Positions 10,901 to 19,813 of a stretch of 64,000 nt of DNA are shown here, one piece after another; position 1 is the first letter of the stretch; the number at the start of each line of letters is the position of its first letter. This stretch comes from Hydrurus foetidus (taxonomy: Eukaryota). Made by a program: the position numbers and the translations under genes. The notes beneath the pieces are model-generated. The model worked only from the letters and a program-made list of their open reading frames with translations. It made no database searches and was not told the origin of the DNA. Location of the stretch: positions 1-64,000 of the forward strand of contig UYFQ01000162.1 in assembly GCA_900617105.1 (NCBI GenBank), given 5' to 3'.

Positions 10901-11594
10901 TTCAAATCATAGTGATCGTTTAAAGATATCTTCTGCACAATTACTGTTTGGTAACTGTGTTAATCTTGATCGTGGTATGTTCCGTCCCATTGACGAAGTT
11001 CCTCCTTCAAAGAAATCTATGTCAGTCTATATGAGTAATCTTCTCAAGACACAAGATAGTCTTAGAAAAGCAGCTGCTAAAGAACTTCTTCGCACTGACT
11101 TACTTCATATGACACATAAAAAACAATTACAACATACGGATTACCAACCCGGAACGTATGTATTGGTACATTACCGTACAGGTCACCCGCCTACACGTCT
11201 TCATACGTTCTGGCGTGGTCCTATGAGAGTTATTTCCGGATCAAATTCAAGGTTTACCCTTTATGATCTTATCTCTCATGTCGAAAAAGAATATCATGTT
11301 TCAGATATGAAACCTTTTCTTTTTGATCCACTACGTGTTGAACCATTAGACGTTGCTCGTCATGATTATATGGAATTTTATATTGAAAATATCCTTGAAC
11401 ATCGTGGTGACTTACAACGCAAAACTTCGTTAGAATTCCTTGTCAAATGGTTAGATAATGCTGATGAACACAATTCATGGACATCCTATGCCAATCTTCG
11501 TGATACCGAAAAATTACACGAATACTTGACATCTAACAATCTTCAACGTTTAATACCTACAAAGTTTACAAACGTTGTAGATACAAATATATAA
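7935..11594 (+). CDS. Gypsy pol: protease, RT, RNase H, integrase, chromodomain
   Basis: LIDTGS; LPFGL and YIDD; TDASDYGIG; HNSMVGH...CPQC, IDFVGP, SDNG; FYIENILEHR...FLVKW...NSW. No stop over ~1220 codons. The first 8 aa of the listed ORF derive from the Copia LTR. Confidence 0.95.
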   Translation, partial: AYADSNAFKKLKKDYPDAVVARGAYVPTTSSSSSSSSSTSTASASAVPEGPSKPVTKQKSLKKTSKLSSTISFTDVVIPSSILGTLTNLSSADFLTATVSHVSQPSQPRNEVQVLIDTGSLAGIFVALRVIRNFHLEEFIIFDKTLTVCSALDGKCYNISKSINLKMTYFSERLNKNTFLNFKAIILNKSSVDVVIGRVTIRESQIFLELPSQLASTNIVHRAATSVTPQRVIVSGLLASLVIQSEKTSQLAMPDDDEIGEHEASTFSPWLPDTNPEPVDPVSLINISGTPELQELIRLLCIEYRDIFSNTLSSQPASIPPFDLVVQDPKWRVSKNRQPPRPQSAANQKEITRQLNILIEQGIIEKSTAAYYSQGFLVTKADGSKRFVIDYRNLNECTEHASWPVPNITEMLQRIGSQKPTIFGTVDFAQAYHQAALTLATKKYTSFILYSGVYQFTRLPFGLKQAPSYFQEMIATEVLNTLLYRILEIYIDDVNIFGNSPDNFVARLREFFSRVRLHKMILKPSKCYLGYADLKFVGKVISQEGLRMSQSKIQLVLDFPCPTVSKQLKSFLGLVNYFRDFIRNQSTIVRPLHALLTNYQRTKRIVWTSEATSAFNEIKEQVSKCTTIHFISDTAPITLHTDASDYGIGGYLFQTIDGKDYPVAFVSKSLSGSQLRWSTIQKEAYAIYYSCIFLQSLLRDRLFTIRTDHRNLLYIYNNSNPMIVRWYVALSEYTYKIEFIKGVDNDIADSMSRLCRNNMIDSPKEYSADMILAAAIIPKIQLTDMQYNAISSVHNSMVGHFGLARTMKRLKANQHKWEFMENHVRYFIDFCPQCQKMSMIKIPIHAHPFTTSSYYPMECLNIDFVGPFPDGGHILVIIDTFTRWTELYHTTDSTALSAAQCLIQHFGRFGAPHQLRSDNGPHFIADVIREFLSFVGTRHCLTLAYSKEENAIVERMNKEINRHIRSLTYDNTSLEDYKLALPFVMRIINSNHSDRLKISSAQLLFGNCVNLDRGMFRPIDEVPPSKKSMSVYMSNLLKTQDSLRKAAAKELLRTDLLHMTHKKQLQHTDYQPGTYVLVHYRTGHPPTRLHTFWRGPMRVISGSNSRFTLYDLISHVEKEYHVSDMKPFLFDPLRVEPLDVARHDYMEFYIENILEHRGDLQRKTSLEFLVKWLDNADEHNSWTSYANLRDTEKLHEYLTSNNLQRLIPTKFTNVVDTNI

Positions 11595-11909
11595 TGCTAA
11601 ACAATATCCATGATGGAATTCAACCCTATTTTTTGTTTGTTGTCGGTCAACATTCTTTTTGGGAGTTTTTAGTCAGTAAGAGTCTGACATAATTGTTTAG
11701 ATATTATACCCCGACTCTAAGGAGTGCCGCCGATGAAAATCGTGTCGACAACATTTTGATTTTCATATCCACACATACTGCCAATCTTTGACGATGGATA
11801 GGCGTATGGGATCCCTGAATAATTTGAAGTGGCACCTTTTTCAAATGAGCTATACGTTACCACATGTATTTTCACTCACATTCATTTTCTTTCACTTAAC
11901 TTAAATTTT

Positions 11910-11925
11910 AAGGAGGAAGGAGTAG
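11910..11925 (+). promoter_or_regulatory. Polypurine tract of the Gypsy element
   Basis: AAGGAGGAAGGAGTAG immediately before TGTAG. Confidence 0.8.
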
Positions 11926-12186
11926 TGTAGCCTAGCACGTACGTTCACCGTACGCTTCGTACACGTTTGTATATAATTCACGTATGTATATAATTCACGT
12001 ACCCATAGTCTATTTTCATCCACATCACCTGTCCACCGGTAACGGACGCTCATCAGCATCAGCACCCTTGTAGCCTATCGTTTGTGCCTGTCGTTAGCTG
12101 TTTGCTCTCTTCTTTCACAAACTGTAACTAACCTAACATACCGTCTTTACCCGGATTCTTCGTACTCGAATCCGGCCGCGACTACA
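11926..12186 (+). repeat. 3' LTR of the Gypsy element (about 261 bp)
   Basis: TGTAG...CTACA inverted termini after the PPT. Internal 17-bp duplication at ~11969-12002 and an 8-bp stem CCGGATTC/GAATCCGG at 12151-12175. Confidence 0.75.
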
Positions 12187-12405
12187 GGTGTTCTTGGGTA
12201 GTATTTCTAATACTAAGTATTGTGGTATTAGTATTGATGTAAAACTATAACCAACGAACCGAGAACGGTAGGCACGGGGTGACCCAACTTTACTTTTCTG
12301 AGCTTGACATAGCAGGGTGCCCAGAATCCTGATGTCCACGTGCTGCCCAGAAGTGAAGTGATACGGAGAAGTACCAATTACTGTATAGCCGATGTTTATG
12401 TTGTA
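12187..12405 (-). pseudogene. Degenerate Copia integrase C-terminal fragment (the Gypsy target)
   Basis: Translates YNINIGYTVIGTSPYHFTSGQHVDIRIL...KVGSPRAYRSRFVGY, matching the Copia SPY..G and PRA...FVGY pattern. Cut exactly at the Gypsy LTR end. Confidence 0.65.
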
Positions 12406-13066
12406 TTAGCTTACCTATTCCGCTTCAAAAACTCATTTATTCACACTTATTCTAGTCAACTAGATAAGAAGCAATAGATAGTAATTCGTTAAAATCATCA
12501 TTCATAAAATCATCATTCATAGTAAACGGACAAACTCACTTTCAAGAATTTTTTCGAGACATTTTTTAGACCACTGAATGAATTGCGGGGGAATTTAGAC
12601 AGGATACTTCTTCCCCTCAAATAAAGTCTGGGTTACATTACACATAATGCCACCGATTCGTCAGCAGACTAGATTGGAGGTTGAGGGTCATAACTAGTGT
12701 GGTAGTGTCCCTATAAAAGTGACGCACGTCAGTAGAAGAGGATTCGCTTGCCCTGTCTGGCATGTGCAATAGTACAAAACAGCACAGCAGAACATCAGCA
12801 ATACAAAAAAAGTAGACCATTACCGCGAACCATTTGGCCGTTCAGGACCGCCATTCCTCCGTATGACTTTTCCGTCGATACATTACTTTAGATTTTAGCG
12901 TTCATGAGAGCATATTGTACCCACTAAATTTCCCCTTGTAAATTCTGACGAGGAATTAAGAATATAGTGGCATCACGACCTAACACCTTGATATGTATGG
13001 AGGCATTGGTAATAAGATAATTTGCTGTAAATGACGAAATTAATGCTGGCATTATCAGAAAATTAG

Positions 13067-14201
13067 GTGGTATAATCGCATAATGGTAACCTGTCGGCTT
13101 TGGAGAAGTTGATCAGATGGTCGATAGAAATGCAAGTAATCTCAGCTAACCTGGTAAATTTCTCGGATCCAGGGACAGGTTGATCGTCGCAGGCAATAGT
13201 CCGAACTCGAATGTAGGCATTCAGTACGTAGCGAGAGGCGACGAGACAGGAGAAAGCTACTTTGAGAATAAATGCGAGCTCTTCTTCCCCGAAATCTGCA
13301 CAGCCCTCGAAATTTGTGGTATCTCGAGACTTGCCATATCGTTTGCGGCATTGGCGAATACTGACCAGACTGGAAATGGTGACAGCTCCATTGCTCTTAT
13401 TGATGTGGAAACAGAAATTCTCGAGGCTGGAATGAAGCACTCGCATACGTTAGAGGGTGAATCAAGCTCCGCGCACTCTTCACTCTCCTTCTATAGCGAT
13501 CAAGAGTTACTCGCAGCAGCAACTGATTCGGGAAGCGCTGTTTTGTGGGATCTTAATAGTGGTCAAGAAATCCGTAGATTTGCTGCTGACAGCTGTGGAC
13601 TGAGTAAATTAGAGTTCACTAGATCAGGGCAGCTTCTTACATGCGGACATTATACATCCACCCAATTGCATGTCTGGGATGTGCGGACTAGTTTATCATC
13701 TTCCATATCATCAGCGCCTCCAGCAGAGTTGTCAAAAAGTGTAACGGTTTCTGCCTCAAGAAGTCTGCTACATCCTGAGCAAAATGCAGTAGGTCTCACT
13801 GAAGCTCGGCAGCACTTATACTACACCAGCATATCTTCTCAGTCTATTTACAATAAAATTATTTGCGGCACTTCAAGAGGATCGATAGCCGTGTGGGTTT
13901 ACGATCAGAAGCCGTTTCAGTATTTCAGGCCTACTCCCCTGACGCATCAGTTACAGCTGTTCTTGCCCACCCATGGCATCAAGATCTTCTTACCTCCGCC
14001 TCCTCTTCGGGGTTGATAAGAACTTCTGATTTGTTAGACTTATCAAATGGAATCAGTCAAGATTTTGATAGTCCAAGTAAAAGTGAATTTATTGCTAGCG
14101 AACCTGGTGAATTTACTTCAATAGACTGTGATAGGGACTCGGGAATGTTACTTGCTGTGTCAGCTCTTGGCGGACTGTGGCGATTGCAGTTAGAGAAATA
14201 A
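13067..14201 (+). CDS. WD40 protein, nucleoporin Nup43-like (5' end uncertain; one frameshift at ~13897)
   Basis: WD repeats AVLWDL, LHVWDVR, GSIAVW..., VTAVLAHPW. Restoring one A gives VWDLRSE and joins ORFs 13180-14016 and 13863-14201. Confidence 0.65.
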
Positions 14202-14772
14202 TCTATTCTCTTCTTGTTTTGTCTTGTTTCTATTTTAGAGATATGTTATGTTTTGTATTCAAATTAATGCGAGTACAGTGTGTTCGCTTGATACCCGCAT
14301 GCTGATTAAATTTGACACTTGTTACCCACAAACCACAGCAATGCATTTCAAGAGAGTTTTCTCTACTGTAAGGACGAATCATGCGCACAGAGGACAGAAG
14401 TGTCAGTTGAGTCTTAGCCCCCTCCAAGAACACAGTTCACAGTTGAACCATTCGACCTTTGGGGCTAATGGCTTGTCAGACTCACAGTTACTGTCAGCGA
14501 CTCTTAAGATACGGCGCTCCTCATTGTCTTTGGTGAAAAGAATGCGTGTTGACGAGTGATCTCCGAAAAATCATCGGAGTGAAATACTGCTAGTTACCCC
14601 CGTCCTCTGTCATCAAGATAAATTTGATTTGCTTTCATGTGAGGACACTAAGTGCAGTATGCGTATGAGGTGACCTGAGAATTGTCTGCAATGTGTTTAT
14701 TGTGACCGGAGAGCGTCAGTGAATGTTGCATTACAAATCTTTGCTCTGTCATACTTAGAGGAGTCCTGTAAT

Positions 14773-15037
14773 GCAATGAGAGGAGTCCTGCATTACTGGA
14801 TAATGCAGTGAGAGGAGTCCTGCATTACTGGATTATGCAATGAGAGGAGACCTGCATTACCGGATAACGCAATGAGAGGCGTCCTGCATTACCGGATTAT
14901 GCAATGAGAGGAGACCTGCATTATTGTATAATGCAATGAGAGGAGTCCTGCATTACCGGATAACGCAATGAGAGGCGTCCTGCATTACCGGATTATGCAA
15001 TGAGAGGAGACCTGCATTACCGGATATTGCAATGAGA
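14773..15037. repeat. 32-bp minisatellite, about 8.3 copies
   Basis: Unit GCAATGAGAGGAGTCCTGCATTACCGGATAAT repeated head-to-tail with no spacers. Confidence 0.95.
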
Positions 15038-15574
15038 CACAGCTCAGTGCGTGATCAAGACGCACCACAATTAATAACACTCCGTGTCAAGTCAGCACGT
15101 ACGAGCGGTCAGCTGTACAGTACAAGAGAAATTGTAAATAGCAAATTTGATGCGATGTTACGTTAAACGAATGATGAAATATTGCACGATTTCTATTTCC
15201 TGTAGAAGATGAAAGGGGTAAAAGTGCCACTAACGATCATGTAAGAATAACGGTCTTAATTTTTTCATCATTGATGGTTCGAAAGAGTAAAACAAGAATT
15301 GTATGATAAATAATAACGGGGCAGTAATCCAGTTACTGATATGTTCCTACTCAAATAGTAATAATTCATCCTCTAATAGATTGAAAATGATCACGACAAT
15401 AGAGAGATGTTGATCCTCATGAAAAATTTCGCTTGAACCTCTCTTTGCTGTTCAGAATGACGAGACATGCAAGCGATATGTTTCATGAAGGGGATGAGTT
15501 GAGTAGCGAGGGATACTTGAGGGGCGTGCCGATATAGCCTGTTGGAAGGAGTACTACGTTTGTGGAAGAGTTTT

Positions 15575-17441
15575 TCAGAGAAATGAGGCTATGCAGCCTA
15601 TGAGAGGGTTCTGTTGGATGACCCTCTTGAACGCGCTAGTGTCAACACGACAAGAAGCACCCCTCTTATTCACAACAACAACTTCGTCATCAGAGTCGGC
15701 AGAAGCACCTTTCTGCTTCACAATGGGAACTTCCTCATCAGAGTCATCAGAGCTGAGTGCAGTCTGTTCGCTTTTTGCTAGTTCTATGTAGTATGCGGTT
15801 TTCACATCTGCACTGGTGTCCCACCTAGGGCTGATTATATCTGCATAGTGCCAATCCAGCCCCACCTCTTCACACACAAGCCGTGAGCCCACTCCCGCAA
15901 CTTGTCTGTTCCTCATGCTGTCCGACACGAGAAATAGTTTGCAAAAGTAGAGGAAGTGAATAAAATGCTTCCTCCTCGGCCATCTGCTGCTTTTTATCAG
16001 ACTCTGCGCGGATTCAGGACGCGCAGTAATTATCATATCGATGGGAGTGAGTCCTGTCCCGCATCGAGCAAATATATTGGACCCTCCCAACTCTACCAAT
16101 AAATGAGCCATTTCAAAGTCACCTTCTCTGCATTCAAACACAAGAAGAGTGGCCAGGTGCAGTGGCGTCCTCCCCTTTCTATTCTTCAGCTCAACATCAG
16201 CCCCGCAATTTATCAAGTTAGTGACCACTGCATAATCAACTCGATACACATTAGAATTATTGCCAAAAGCTGCACGGTGTAATTTTGTTTCTCCATATGC
16301 TGACATCTCATTTATATGGCGAAGCTCACTTTCGGGAGACGGGCCATGAAACTCACCAGGGTCAGCAGGAGGATAGATAAATGGGGAGTCGCCAAAGTTA
16401 AATTCCGCTGATGCATTATCTAACCAGTACGCGGGATAGAGTAAATCAAATTTCATAGTGTAAGTGAATGATGGTTTGTGGGTAAATGCAACTCCCTGAA
16501 ATACCCCGTTAACAGTGTATGAAATTGCTTTTAAGTCGCAATCAAGATAACATCCGATGACATCGTCGATGCCGAATCGTGTGCCGTAATTAGTCCTCTT
16601 GCCATCATACGATTTCATCCCATTACCATCATAAAATGTATCGAGAGGTAACGGAGAGTTATCGTACATTCCTGTAAGCTGAGACCACCCAAAGCGGAAA
16701 GATCCTCCATCTGCTGCCGCAATGCATTTTACCTCGTAGAAGAATTTCCCTTTGGACACCAAATGTGAGGCTACACCTCCACACCACTTATCAGTATAGT
16801 TTATCACTACTAATTGATTTGATGAGAACCGCAATCCGAAGCAGTCTAAACGAGAACCTTCAAGTTATATCAGTTGGGGCGTAGGCAAATGGTGAGGCGC
16901 CGAAGTTAAATTCCGCAGATGCATTCTTTAACCAGTACGCGGGATAAAGCGCCTGAAATATTGATTTCTTGTCAACAAGTGGTACTTTGGAATACGCAAT
17001 TCCCTGGGACACTCCGTTTACAGTGAATGAAACTATTCTTTCCTCGAAATCAAGATAACATCCAATCACATCACCGTTGTTGAATCTTCTACCATGATTT
17101 CTGAAAACGCCTCCATCCGACTTCATATGTGTAGTGCCATAAATTATACTATTTCCATCTCTTCCCAATTTATCTGCCTCTCTTGACCATCCGAAACGAC
17201 ACATTCCGCCAGGTTGAAGGTTGCATTTAACTTCGAAGTATGCTTTTCCTGAATCGACACTGTTTGAAGCTACTCCACCCAACCAACAATCATTGACCCC
17301 GTTGTTGGTTGTCACAACCAAACCATTGCCTGACACTACGAGTCTCTTACTCTGATCAATCAATACAGAATGTTCCCAACAAGTCCTGCTAGTGACCGAC
17401 ATTGTTTTTTGTTTCTTGCCGCTAGGAACGATGAAATGCAC
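15575..17441 (-). CDS. SPRY-SPRY-ankyrin repeat protein (frameshift at ~16864)
   Basis: Two similar SPRY domains (GK.Y/FYEVKC, RFGWS, DVIGCYLD, VNGV.QG, LYPAYWL.NASAEFNFG) then ankyrin motifs GETKLHRAA and GRTPLHLA. Removing one A joins the two ORFs. Confidence 0.8.
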
Positions 17442-17884
17442 CCCTCAGCGAAGCAAAAAGAAGTTTATCACAGATCGGAAATATCAATCATGCCAATTAT
17501 GCGATTCTTCACAGTCGGCATTGGATTCCACTCATGCAGAAGGAGCTGCACTTCAGTTTCGTGATATCGGCGGCAGGGGTACAAATTTGAAATGCGCATC
17601 ATCAGCCATCATGCATCCAGTAGAGTAGTTATGGACAGGGGACAGTGGACAGTATGGAGCACCACACGTAACGTGTTTGCATGGTGAGACGAGTTTTTGA
17701 AACCCTTACTGTATCAGAATAAAGTCATGAAGCAATTCGGTTTCAAAGCAGCGAGCAATACTACTGCAGCAACCCGCAGATCACTCGCCTCCGGAATAAG
17801 TGGTGGTGAGATTTTGCATGATTAGCATTTTCTTCTCGAGGAGAAATATATTGAAGGGACCCGAGCCAATAATTTCTGAAAACG

Positions 17885-18958
17885 ATGCTTACCGTCTTTT
17901 CCATCGCAACTTTTCTACTCACTTGGTATTCTGCTGCAGATTCGCTCAAGGTATTCTATGCAGATACCAAATTCGAGAGGAAAACTGTTACGAAGCAAAC
18001 TTTTGATGACATCCTGAAGAGCCCATTGACTCAATTTGTCCCCGTTAGTAATGGTAACAATTTCTACATTGAGGAGTCTAAGAGACCTATCTATTTAAGC
18101 TGCACTGATTTGCACGAAGTTGAAATTCTCGATGATCGTGAGAAATTATTTGTTTATCTCGGATCAAAAGCTGGTGTCGAGTTCGTTGCTGTGGATCTAG
18201 TCCCAGAGGATAATGTGAAGAGCGCTACTAGCGATGGAGCAAGCAAAAACCGATCCACTCTACCCCTGTGTCTCCGCAAAGACGAAATAAAGGAGGACAT
18301 GTTGAGGAGTTTCTCAGAGCAGCTAGCTGATTTCGACGATGCGAGTTTGTTGGCACATGCCAGAGGGATGGTAGTTTGGCATAATAACACAAAATTTTGC
18401 TGCAAATGCGGCTCAAAAACAAAATCTCAGCGAGCTGGTTCGAGTAGGAAGTGTGTAAATGAAGGATGCAAGGCATCTAGCTACCCTCGACTGGAGCCTG
18501 CATCCATCATGCTGATAACTGATAGGACCGGAGACCACTGCCTTCTAGGACGCAAAGCCATATGGCCAACTGGAAGATATTCTGCATTAGCTGGTTTTAC
18601 GGAGGTTGGGGAGACGCTTGAGCAAACTGTAGTTCGGGAAACCTTCGAAGAGGCGGGAATTACTGTTGATGCAGATAGTTTGAGAATGGTCGCATCACAG
18701 CCTTGGCCTTTTCCCAGCTCACTAATGATAGGTTATAGAGGCGTGTGCACAGAAGAGGGTTTACCTACAGTCAATTTCGACTGTAAAGAGATGCAAGATG
18801 TGAAATGGTTTAGTAAAGAGGATGTTAAAAACGCTCTGGATGGCGGCAGCACGTCTCTGGGAGATTGGAAACCCACCGCAAAAGAAGCTATTTTGCATTT
18901 TCCAGGAGTATCTAGTTTAGCTCGTGTAATGCTGACTCAGTGGTGCAGCGAAATCTAA
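17885..18958 (+). CDS. NADH pyrophosphatase, NudC-type Nudix hydrolase
   Basis: Zinc ribbon FCCKCG...C..C, YPR, Nudix box GFTEVGETLEQTVVRETFEEAG and the SQPWPFP signature. Hydrophobic N-terminus; single exon. Confidence 0.92.
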   Translation: MLTVFSIATFLLTWYSAADSLKVFYADTKFERKTVTKQTFDDILKSPLTQFVPVSNGNNFYIEESKRPIYLSCTDLHEVEILDDREKLFVYLGSKAGVEFVAVDLVPEDNVKSATSDGASKNRSTLPLCLRKDEIKEDMLRSFSEQLADFDDASLLAHARGMVVWHNNTKFCCKCGSKTKSQRAGSSRKCVNEGCKASSYPRLEPASIMLITDRTGDHCLLGRKAIWPTGRYSALAGFTEVGETLEQTVVRETFEEAGITVDADSLRMVASQPWPFPSSLMIGYRGVCTEEGLPTVNFDCKEMQDVKWFSKEDVKNALDGGSTSLGDWKPTAKEAILHFPGVSSLARVMLTQWCSEI

Positions 18959-19813
18959 TCAGAAATATTATGCTTTTGCCATAGACAATTTACGAAAGAT
19001 TTCTTCGCGTGCTATCGTGAGGAAAAGTAGTCGAATTTTCAGATAGAGGTTTGCTGTGCTACTAAATGTGATCACTAATCATCAGTTAGCGTCACTATTT
19101 CAATGAACAATGCAGTTGTATTCATCAGGCATCGCACTGTAGCTATTTACTATTTTAATCTCAACAATCGTTGCCTACCCTATTTACTGGCATTTTTTGG
19201 AACTTCAAAATACAGAATACGATTTAAATCACGCATCTGATCTGTTCCAAAATAACTAATCCGGACTTCCTTTTACGATTACTAATAGTACTGTGTAAGC
19301 CGACAAATTATGATATCAGATTCACTTTGATTTTGTAGGAAGATTTGTATCCCGAGTTGTTCTGCTCTATCTGGATTACAGTACCGCAGATGATTCACGT
19401 TGGATCAAAGTGTAACAGCAAAGAGATCTCGTATTATTCAACATATAAGAGAATCCAAATGGAGTTAAATGTGCAGAAGAGTCACTGCTATCACCTGAGC
19501 AAACTTAGTTTTTAAAGTCCATTCTGAACTCAGTCCAAAAGCACTAGTTTTGGCAAAAAGAGTATTTTCCAAGCACGGATACAAAACACGAGACACAGAA
19601 CTAAATTCAAAGTTTCATCCACTTCGACTTCCGACTTCTCCGACTTTTGAATAATTTTGAGTTGTCAGACTCTGTCTTACCCGCAATCTTATACCTTGAG
19701 CTTATTGAAAATAAGGTTGCAAGTGGAATCTTGTTCTAGTCTCAAAAAATCTACGGGAGATCAGTCTTTGATCGAAATGTCAACAAAAGCGATAGGATAC
19801 TGACGTAACGGAG

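Larger units (their letters stand above)
7935..12186 (+). mobile_element. Gypsy (chromovirus-like) LTR retrotransposon, 3' part
   Basis: Pol ORF in PR-RT-RH-INT-chromodomain order, followed by a polypurine tract and a 3' LTR. The 5' part is displaced by the Copia insertion. Confidence 0.95.

Noticed and set aside
14773..15037. CRISPR array
   Set aside because: Units are contiguous with no unique spacers, there are no cas genes, and the context is eukaryotic.
13067..17441. Pseudogene status for the WD40 and SPRY genes
   Set aside because: Each has only one 1-bp break and no other decay, so sequencing error is at least as likely.
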